Source of the DNA: Blastocladiella emersonii ATCC 22665
Taxonomy: Eukaryota > Fungi > Blastocladiomycota
Direction of reading: 5' to 3'
DNA: 64,000 nt
Assembly: GCA_025594325.1 (NCBI GenBank)
Contig: JANHCV010000002.1
Coordinates: 496,001 to 560,000 of the forward strand
Part shown: positions 55,530-64,000 of the stretch, in pieces
Numbering within the stretch: the first letter of the stretch is position 1
Layout: every line of letters begins with the position of its first letter
Notes under the pieces: model-generated
The model's input: only the letters and a program-made list of their open reading frames with translations
Databases searched by the model: none
What the model was told of the DNA's origin: nothing
Made by a program: the position numbers and the translations under genes

Positions 55530-57896
55530 ATGAATCAAACAATGGAACTTCATGCAATGGACTCGGGCGACCCTTCGCTTGCTCGGCTGCCCGCGGAACT
55601 GGTCAGCGCTATGCTTCAGCTGGCGGTGCCGCGTTCAGCGATCGCGGCCGCTTCGGCTTCCCTTCGCGCAATCCTTCTCGTCGATGAGCCTGTTCGCATT
55701 GCCTGGACCGTCAGAGTTGTGAAGAAGCTCTGCAGACGTTCACGTTCCGCGCGAGGCCTTCGTTCCGACCCGTTGGCTCGACTCCTGCTTCCGAAATTTG
55801 GTCACTCCAACAGGTACGCCAAGTCGGAGCTCACGTCATACGAGCGCATTCCGGCACCGACGATACTCCTCTTAAATATTGTTGCGTACATGTGCCGTCG
55901 GGTCCGCCAGATCAGCGGCGTCAGCACAGCTCAAAGTTCTTGAGCAAGCGATTGAGACCGAAATCTTTCCTTCCTGGCCATTCAATACGTCGGCGCCCCC
56001 CTCGTACCCTCGTTCGCATGCTTTTTTGCGGCGGCCCTGTTCGGATGGACCGAATTCCTCCATCGCGCACTTGATATCGTTGCCGCGACTGTACCGCAGC
56101 TGCTTAATGTGTCAGTGTCCCTTGGCCACGTCGCAACGTTCATTCGATCTCACGAGCTTCCGTTGAAGTTACTTGACGAGTCCGAAGGTCTGTCCTCCTA
56201 TTCTGTGCGTCTCGCGGACATTCTAGCGTATTTGGCAGTCTCGTCGTGGAAGTACTCAACCTTCCAGCTCCTGATCGGCGAGCCCCGCTACGCGGTGGGC
56301 ACGGCAGCGTTGCTTGCACAGCTTTGCGCGCCCGTTCCGTCGGACTTTGTACTCCAAATTTGCGGAACCCGAACGAGCAGGTCTTGGAGCCGAGCATATA
56401 TTTGCTTGGATTTTTGAGCGCTGCTCAGAAATGCCGGACCGGGTGCAGCAGACGTATGTATGCTCCGCCGCCGAAATGGGCCACACGGTCTTCATCCCGC
56501 TACTCGCCCGTTTTCCCGACCGGGTCAAGCTCGCTCTCCCGTTCCGCAACGACATTAATGATGCCTACATCGGCCTTCAGTGGCTGCCTGACGTTGAGGA
56601 ATTTGACGACGACAGTGTGTATTTCCTGGGCACCTTTGTTTGGTCGTGGTCCTGCGAGGAAACCTTCACAGCTGAAGCTTTTGACCTGCTGGATTCGCAC
56701 AACCTCATTGCCCGCTGTACTCGGAGCTGCCTCGTTTCATGGTATTTCACGCGTGGTCGGCTTGGTTTCACTGAGCGACTTCGCATGCGGTACACGCCCG
56801 AGCAGTGGCAGCGTCTGCTCTTGGATTGTGCGTTTCAATGCTTCCGTTCTAATGCTGACGAGACTGTGCATCATTCTAACCTAACTAGCCCAATCGATGT
56901 AGCGCACCGTCATGGTTGCGGTAGTTACCAGTACGGGTGTTGGAGACGTGGACGTGTTTGCGAAGCTGTGCTTCGATACGCGCTCTCCCCATCACCTACC
57001 GCTGGGAGCAGCTTCGGTCCTCTGAGCCTGGACGACTTTGCACGCGAGTTTTGCTTTGGTTCGCTCGGAGCAAACGAGCCACCCGCCATCACCTGGCAGT
57101 GCGACTTCCTCTTCACCGAGACGGGGTCCTTGGCCATCCCCACCGAGCTGCTTCCCTCGCCAGACTCTTGCGATCAGGACGAGCGCGTTGTTTGGGAAGT
57201 CGCCGTCGACTTGACGTGGCTGCTCGTGTCGGCCTTCTTGGTTCCCGAATGCAATTCAAAGCTCAAGCGCCTCATCAAGGAGTCGAATACGGCGCCCATC
57301 CTGCTCCGTGCCGTCGCTCGGGCGCTTTTCCCGCCTGCTGGCGTGGCCATCGCGCCGAAAGGGCTGCACTACCTTTGCGGCTCCGTTGCGAAAGTTTGCG
57401 GCGATTGCCCGATCATGGCGCAAGCAGTCTGGCGCGACCTCGTCAGCGCGCTCTTCCGGCGCTGCAGCCGTGAAGACTACCCATCGCTCTTTCCATCAGT
57501 CGGCAACCTGTGGTCGCGACTGTGGGGGCTACTGACAAGCGGCCCGAGCAAGTGTGCCGCCGCACTCACAAGCAACGAGTCGAGATGTGACTGCGTTGGA
57601 GCTGCTCAATCCTTTGTGCACATGCTCGTCATGAGCGACCCGCAGCGCGCGATCGCCACGCTTTGGGCCGAGTTTGCCGCGGGCGGCCTGCCGCTGGGTG
57701 TGCTGCGTCTGCTCCCCACCGCGAAGCTGGACGATCTGGTTGGTCCCGAGGCGTTGAGCGGGCTCTTCAGGACACTTATCGCTGGTGCTGCTTTGGCGAA
57801 CGACCAGTCCTGGGTCCCTGGGTCAAGCTCGAGTTCGCGCGGATCGCGCCAAAGGCGTCCGCACTTACGAGTAACGGGATGCGTGTTCGTTCGTGA
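55530..57896 (+). pseudogene. F-box-like N-terminus, unknown family D, copy D1; several frameshifts; in-frame intron 56828-56902
   Basis: LARLPAELVSAMLQL N-terminus; collinear with 60498..61969 (WQCDFLF...GSLAIP.ELLPSP; AVDLTWLL.SAFL; IKESNTAP.LLRA); frameshifts near 55920-55960, at 56396-56401 and at 57809-57824. Confidence 0.7.
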
Positions 57897-57977
57897 AAAG
57901 TCTCTTATTCATATTATGTTCTGTACCATTCGACCGATGATCGACAGAATGGAAGCGGCGAAGAAGAAAAAGCGAAA

Positions 57978-58000
57978 ACGCGTTGCGCCACATCAGCTGA
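57978..58000 (+). promoter_or_regulatory. Composite element ACGCGTTGCGCCACATCAGCTGA (N10 variant)
   Basis: Near-identical copies at 62076 and 62720, each 45-105 bp upstream of a family-C ATG. Confidence 0.65.
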
Positions 58001-58083
58001 TGAGCGGCGAAGTGCGCTACCCGAGTTGGTTCTCACGCTTTGTGCGCGATCCATCCGCTCGCTCCGCACCACGCTGATCACCG

Positions 58084-60446
58084 ATGGAGCAAGCGAATGA
58101 AATGTCCGACAACACTTCCAGCAATGTCACGACGCTGGGCGCGCCCGCGCTCCCGTCGCTTCCAACCGAGGTCTTGACCATCCTGCTGCAGCTCGTCCGC
58201 CCTCGCACCACCTTCTGCACTGCTTCACGCGAGCTCTTCGCTGTCTCACGGTCGGAGCGCGTCAAGTTTCTTTGACTCGACCGACGGATTGCACGCGCGC
58301 GCAAGGTCTATTTGGATGAAGAAGAGGGAGAGAGCAACTGGAGCTTCGAACCGAACAGTATACGACGGATGCGGGCGTGGTGCTTCTTGTTGGCTCCCTC
58401 GAGAAGCGCACTTGCGTGATCCCTGGCAGCCCCGACTACCACCGGGTCGTCTCGCTCTTCACCGTCTTGACCGAGCGGCTCATTGGTCTCGCAGCCCCGG
58501 TCATCAGCCGATTTGGCGGTAATCTTGCGCCCCTTGCCGCCAAGGTCAAATCGTCGGCCCACAAGTGTGGCATGCCTCGCAGCATTCGCAAGGACCCTAT
58601 CTTCGCAGTCCTGCAAACTCTCGTTCTCGCCGTGGTATGCCTCGATCCGCCGAATATGGTCCGCGTTCTCTCAGCCGCGCACACCCGGCTGCGCGACCTC
58701 TTCCACGTTCGCATGTCGCTCCGCCGCTGGGTCCAGGTGGCCGATCACCTTCGACACTACGTTTGGGTTCATCGCCGCAACCGGAACGACCAAGTTCCGT
58801 TCTGTAACGTCCGCCTTGTCGAATTCTTGGCGGTTGCCGCTGTTTTCACGTGGAGTCTTCCTACTTGGAGCGCCTTTCGCAATTCCTTCCCCTTCCTTGA
58901 CATAGACTGGGCTATCGGAGCTTTAAACAGTGTCGCTCTCCGGGTCCCTCTGCTTGAAATGAGCCAGGACACGGAGCGGGACCGTCACATGCTCGGTTGG
59001 CTCATGCGCGACTGCTGGACGAATGAGACCCTCAAATATGGAAGGGCACTTGTCCTCGACCTATACGCCAAGCCTCGATTGCTTCGTTACGCCGCTAAAC
59101 TCGACCCCGACCATGTTGTCCGGGCTATCACTGACGATGATCGCGACCAGCTAGTGGAGGCACTTGATGACCACGATTCCGAATTCACAGTTGATCAGAT
59201 CGAGGCACTCGATGACCTGCAAATGCTTGACAGCACAGCGTGGGATCGTGTCCTCGGTTCCGTGCATTTCGAAGTGGACCAGCTTGGACCGCTCCATCCG
59301 ATTGCTGCCCTCGCGCTGCAGCGGCTCGACGACGGTTACATTGCTGTCTTGGACAACTGTACAATTATTCTCGCGTGTTCACACCGCAAAACAGCATCTG
59401 ACTGATGATCGGTTGACTGTTTAGTCCTGGAGCCCTACCTGCAAGCGGACGACTGGACAGAGTCCCCGCTACAGCCGTTGCTGCGCTTTGCTCGGCGCCA
59501 TTTCGGCGACCGTGGCGTCGACTTTGTCGTTACCGAGCTCCTCAAATTTGTCGCCACATTGCCCCCTGGCACACCCGGGCTTCACTGTGCGCACAATCCT
59601 CCGTGCTTGGAAGCGGTTGTCTGCGGAGCGCTGAAGCTCATCTTTTTGAGTGATATGGACGCGAAACTGTGGGACGTTTTCTGCGCTGTGCACGAGGCGG
59701 TTGCCAAGCACTTTTCGTTTGAGCTTTGCTCCTCACTTGCGTGGGCCCCCGTGGCCATCATGCACGACCCGAAGTTGCGCGACCGCGCGATTGCCTATAT
59801 GCGACAGAACGAGTCCATCAGCTCATTTCTTGGCGTCATGGTCGTGGCCATGGCGCGCAACGACGCTGTCGGCCGGCACACAATTCCCCTAGGCGCACCC
59901 GCTTCAAAAGCCCTGGCCTGCGGTCAATGCGAGCTCTCGCGGCAACATGCGTATATCAACACGATCCGTGCGCTACTGGAGCTCGACGCTGGGATCATCT
60001 CCGAGCTTTCTCCTCGTGTTTTGCGATCGCTTCTTTCAGTCCTTGCCGCCAACGAGGACCTCGCCTCGATTGTCTCCGTCCAGGCAGACGCTCCACCGCT
60101 GCCGAAATGTTCCTCGGGATGCAAGTCGATCTCCGCTCCGTACCTCGAGTTGTTGAAGGCCTTGATTGCCACCAATCTTGCAAACCTGATCGACTCCCTC
60201 ATGAATGAGGTCCGTCCGCCACGTGCGCCGCTTCCAATCTCGTTCTGGCGGGCTGTTCCCGACGACGCCCTCGACGGGGTCAAGAACGCACGCTGGCTTG
60301 CCCGAACTGTTTTTGCCTTCCAGCAGCAGCCCGACGCTCGTGTCCTCGAGGATGAACTTTGGCGTGTTGCACCCAAGACTCTGGAATCCGACGAGTACAA
60401 GAGCGCGCTGTCGGCGCTCAATCGTCGAGCAGTCCGGGATGAGTAG
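58084..60446 (+). pseudogene. F-box-like N-terminus, unknown family C, copy C1; nonsense codon plus frameshift; intron 59359-59424
   Basis: Aligns with 62846..64000; TGA at 58273 where the paralog has TGG (KFL*LDRRI vs NYSWLDRRI); 5 bp duplication at 58347-58356; the intron joins ORFs 58377..59405 and 59478..60446 in frame. Confidence 0.75.
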
Positions 60447-60497
60447 CGGTTCAATTATACCTCTTTATGATTTAACAGCTTGCGTCAATGACATTAT

Positions 60498-61969
60498 GAG
60501 GGCGAGCCTGTGGATTTTCGAGCATTGTCCGCGCATGCCATCCACCGTTCAGCGGACGTACGTCTACTCGGCCGTCAATATGGGGCACAACATTTGTTTG
60601 CCGCTGCTTTCGCGCTTCCCCGATCGAGTCGCTCCTGCTTTCGCCCCTCGAGCCAACATTGACGACGCGCGCATCGACCTTTGATGGCTCCCCGACATTG
60701 AAGAGTTTGAGGACGACAACGTTTACCATCTCAGCAACTACATCGAGCACTGGTACCGGAGGGGCATTTCGCCCGAGAATCTTGACCTGCTTGACACGCA
60801 CAACCTCATCGCACGTCACGCGCGGAGCTGGATTGTTGGCAAGGAACTCGCGCGCGGCCGCCTCGACTTTGTTGGGCGCCTTCGCGCGCGCTACATGCCC
60901 GAGCAGTGGAAGGGCCTGCTCCTGGACGGTACACGCTCGCTCAGCATCGCGGATTGCGATTCTGGACTAGTCCTAACCCAGGTGCGAAACGGTATGTGTA
61001 GCGTACCGAGATGCTCGCCGAAACTTGTCGCGCGAAAACGGTGTGGATGTGAGCATTGACGTGCTTCGGTTCGCGCTCACTTCGGTTCCTCCCGCCGACA
61101 GCAGCAGCGGGCAGCTGAGCCTCGACGACTTTGTTCATGACGTTTGCCTTGATTCGCTCGAGGACGGCGAGTCGCCCGCCACTGGCTGGCAGTGCGACTT
61201 TCTCTTCAACGAGCAGGGGTCGTTAGCCATCCCCGCCGAGCTTCTCCCTTCGCCGAACTTCCGCGATCAGGATGATTGCACAATATGGGCGGTCGCTGTT
61301 GATTTGACGTGGCTGCTCGCGTCGGCCTTCTTGGCCGCTGAATCCAAGTCTCGGATCACAGATCTCATCAAAGAGTCGAATACGGCACCCGTCTTGCTTC
61401 GCGCTCTCATTCGGGCTCTGCTACTGCCGGCTGGCGTTTCCCAGGCGCCGGAGCGGCTGCACTACTTTCGCGGCTCCACCGACAAGGTGTGTCGCGACTG
61501 CCCACTCATCTCGCAGACCGTCTGGCGCGATATCTTCGGGACGCTCCTGCATTGCTGCGCTCGCGGGGACCTTTTATCGCTCTTCCCGAACGTTACTGGC
61601 CTGTGGTCGCGACTCTGCCAGCAGTTTGGGACCGAAATTCATGGCACCTCGCACGTGTGCGAGCCGTTCGGCTGCGACCGCCTTGCCTCTGCTCGACTTG
61701 TTGTTCGTACGCTCATCTCGAGCGATCCGCAGCGGACTTTTGACACGTTCCGCGGCGAGGCCGAGTCGACCAGCGGCCTCATGCTGCGCGCATTGCGGCT
61801 GTTCCCCAACGGCACGTTGGATGAGATTGCCGCTCCCGAAACGCTGAGCGAGCTCTTCAAAAAGATGATCGCGGCTGGAGGCACCAGGACTGGCCAGTCG
61901 ACTCTGGCCGAGCTAGAGCTGGCGCGGGTCGCGCCAAAGGCATCCGCGCTCTCAAGTATCGAGTTTTAA
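60498..61969 (+). pseudogene. Family D copy D2, 5'-truncated, with a nonsense codon; intron 60929-61001
   Basis: Homology to D1 starts abruptly at RASLWIFE; TGA at 60682 (IDL*WLPD vs IGLQWLPD); intron at the same position as in D1. Confidence 0.7.
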
Positions 61970-62141
61970 TCGTTGTGATGCGATGATTCTCTCGGAATGT
62001 ATCATGTTATCTCCTGTGATGACTCAAGATAAGGGGTTTAGTGATCGAGCAGAACGATGCGCTGCAAGCCACGAACCGCGTTGCGCCACATCAGCTGACT
62101 TTCGTGGCGTTCATCTCGGTCCCCTTTTTCTCACCCAAAAC

Positions 62142-62495
62142 ATGCCTAAACCTAAACCTAAACCTATACCTAAACCGGTTCTCGACCCGTACCTCGCACT
62201 GGTTCAAACCCTGATCAGTACCGATCTGGCTGGCCTCATTGACACTCTCAGGGCTGTATCCGACCCAGCGGGCGCACTGCTTCCTCTTTCGTTCTGGCGG
62301 GCTGTTCCCGACGACGCGCTCGACGTGGTCAAGAGCGCACGCTGGCTTGCAGGAACTGTTTTTGAGGTCCAGGGTCAGCCCGACGCGACTGTCCTTGAAG
62401 AGGAACTTTGGCGCGTTGCACCCCGGACTCTGGAATCGGACGAGTACATGAGCGCGCTGTCAGCGCTCAAGCGTCGAGCGGTTCGGGATGCTTAA
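62142..62495 (+). CDS. 117 aa stand-alone copy of the family-C C-terminal module with a PK-repeat N-terminus
   Basis: SFWRAVPDDALD..K.ARWLA.TVF...QPDA.VLE.ELWRVAP.TLESDEY.SALSAL.RRAVRD matches the end of 59478..60446; upstream element at 62076. Confidence 0.5.
   Translation: MPKPKPKPIPKPVLDPYLALVQTLISTDLAGLIDTLRAVSDPAGALLPLSFWRAVPDDALDVVKSARWLAGTVFEVQGQPDATVLEEELWRVAPRTLESDEYMSALSALKRRAVRDA
62145..62176 (+). repeat. (CCTAAA)n hexamer microsatellite, five units with one variant
   Basis: CCTAAA CCTAAA CCTAAA CCTATA CCTAAA CC, encoding PKPKPKPIPKP. Confidence 0.9.
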
Positions 62496-62572
62496 CGGTC
62501 CAATTATAGTCTTTGTCTGATTAACAAACACCCTGCGTTAAAAACATGGTGAGGGCGAGAACACGTACCTTT

Positions 62573-62593
62573 TCGCATATCGCATATCGCATA
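62573..62593. repeat. Three perfect copies of TCGCATA
   Basis: Direct reading of the sequence. Confidence 0.9.
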
Positions 62594-62845
62594 CGTGGCA
62601 GCGTCGTGCCGCGCCGGTCACCATGGAACTGAATCCGTTCGACTATCAACGTGCGCGAGCGCAGTCTATCTTTGGATATTTACCGAGAGTACGAGGCCGC
62701 ACACAAAACGGGACGAGAGACGCGTTGCGCCACATCAGGTGACCGTTGTCGATCAGGTGGGTGCGCCTTGCGCCACTCGCTCCCACGCTCGTCGCGTTCG
62801 CCTCTCTTTCTCTCCCTACGCCCAACGTCACCCGGACTGTCCGCA

Positions 62846-64000
62846 ATGGAAACCAATGAAATGCTCGCTGCAACTTATGGCAACGTCGCCGCTTCGGGCG
62901 AGCCCACGCTCCTATCGCTTCCCGTTGAGTTGTTGACGGTTGTGCTGCAACTCGCCCTCCCGGACGCGGTGCTCTGCTGTGCCACCCGAGAGCTTTCTGC
63001 TGTATCGCGCTCCCCTCGAGTCAATTATAGCTGGCTTGATCGTCGAATCGAGCTTGCCCTCCTGTGCGAGGAGGACACGAGCGAAGATGACAGCTATTGG
63101 CGAGCCGAAAAATACACGACGGCAGCTGGCGTGGTCATTTTGGACTTTTACGATCGCTCCCTTGACTGCTCGACGCCGAGTGACTCGACCCGCGACGCTC
63201 TCGTGTCGCTTTTTGCCGTGCTCACGGAAAGGCTGATTCAACTCGCAACTCCAGTTCTAGTCCAGTTCGGCGGCCATCTGAATCCGCTCAACGTATCAAT
63301 TCGAGCGTCTTCTGGAACGAGCGGACCTCCGCGCGATATCGAAGAGGATCCAATTTTTGCTATCCTCCAGACAATGGTACTTGCCGTCGTCTGCCTCGAC
63401 CCACCGAACATGGTTCTACTTCTGTCTACCGCCCATCACCATCTCCGTGACTTGTTCCATGCTCGGATGTCGGTTGCCCGCTGGGCGCAAGCAGCGGACC
63501 ACATCAACTTCTTCATGTATCGTCCGCCCCGCAAACATAGGTGTCTCCGCAACGTTCGCTTGATCGATTTCCTTGGTCTCCTCGCCGTTTTCACAGGGAA
63601 CTTCTCGAAATGGACTACCCTCCGAAATGCCTGTCCCGCCCTTCATGTTGAGTGGGTCTTCCAGGCTTTGAACGCGACGCCGCTCAAGGACTCTGTTCTC
63701 GATGTCATCCGAGACTCGGATCAAGGTACGGACACGCTCGGCTGGCTGATTCGCGATTGTTGGTCCAAGGGCGCTCTCAAATCGACCGACGGTGAGCCGA
63801 TTGCTTTTAACTTGTATCACTCTCCGGAATTGTTGCGATTTGCTGCCGAAGTCGACCCTGAACGCATTGTGCGGGCCATCACGGACCATGACCGTGACAT
63901 ATTTGCGCGCGGGATGAAGTCACACGTTTCCTGCTACTCCATCGAAGAGATCGCATTGCTTGATGACCTCAACATGCTTAGCAGCTCGGCCTGGTGCAAC
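62846..64000 (+). CDS. Family C copy C3 with F-box-like N-terminus; open to the window edge (absent from the ORF track)
   Basis: My translation from ATG 62846 has no stop before 64000 (METNEMLAATYG...LLSLPVELLTVVLQLAL...DPIFAILQTMVLAVVCLDPPNM...); collinear with C1. Confidence 0.8.
   Translation, partial: METNEMLAATYGNVAASGEPTLLSLPVELLTVVLQLALPDAVLCCATRELSAVSRSPRVNYSWLDRRIELALLCEEDTSEDDSYWRAEKYTTAAGVVILDFYDRSLDCSTPSDSTRDALVSLFAVLTERLIQLATPVLVQFGGHLNPLNVSIRASSGTSGPPRDIEEDPIFAILQTMVLAVVCLDPPNMVLLLSTAHHHLRDLFHARMSVARWAQAADHINFFMYRPPRKHRCLRNVRLIDFLGLLAVFTGNFSKWTTLRNACPALHVEWVFQALNATPLKDSVLDVIRDSDQGTDTLGWLIRDCWSKGALKSTDGEPIAFNLYHSPELLRFAAEVDPERIVRAITDHDRDIFARGMKSHVSCYSIEEIALLDDLNMLSSSAWCN

Noticed and set aside
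55886-55960. Intron or tandem-duplication explanation for the first D1 disruption
   Set aside because: The only frame-restoring intron would be 25 nt and no exact duplication of suitable length was found; left unresolved.
62145-62176. CCTAAA repeats as an interstitial telomere
   Set aside because: Only five units, in frame in an ORF, and the organism's telomere repeat is unknown to me; kept as a microsatellite.
55500-64000. Endogenous giant-virus or transposon origin of the F-box-like array
   Set aside because: No capsid, polymerase, packaging ATPase, transposase, reverse transcriptase or terminal repeats seen; the genes have host-type spliceosomal introns and host-type upstream elements.
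1-64000. CRISPR arrays, tRNA or rRNA genes
   Set aside because: No regularly spaced repeat-spacer structure or recognisable structural RNA gene; the repeats found are coding or simple tandem repeats.

Overview
Eukaryotic, intron-containing, GC-rich fungal DNA. Short 55-80 nt introns (GTACGY/GTGCGT donors, CTAAC/CTGAC branch sites), class V myosin, a division-2 chitin synthase and an STK33-like kinase suggest a zoosporic fungus, possibly Blastocladiomycota (inference). The window alternates between two compartments. Compact core blocks hold a PX-PB1 scaffold, Bud6/Aip3, Iws1, V-ATPase subunit a, myosin V, a PPR-like protein, an ankyrin-chitin synthase, an Mss116-like helicase, a kinase, a C2H2 factor, PP2C, Scs7 and Hcs1. 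Visibly less GC-rich accessory blocks (about 1-3.8, 20.8-28 and 55-64 kb) hold lineage-specific multicopy families, many disrupted. Main observations: (1) five frameshifts in accessory paralogs are explained by 4-8 bp tandem duplications whose removal restores the frame; (2) a fixed-spacing element ACGCG-N8(or N10)-E-box recurs at 11 intergenic sites; (3) an intronless bacterial-type NadR gene; (4) a chitin synthase with N-terminal ankyrin repeats; (5) an uncharacterised gene pair duplicated in inverted orientation around an 18.6 kb core block. Product calls come from motif recognition only; no database search was run.
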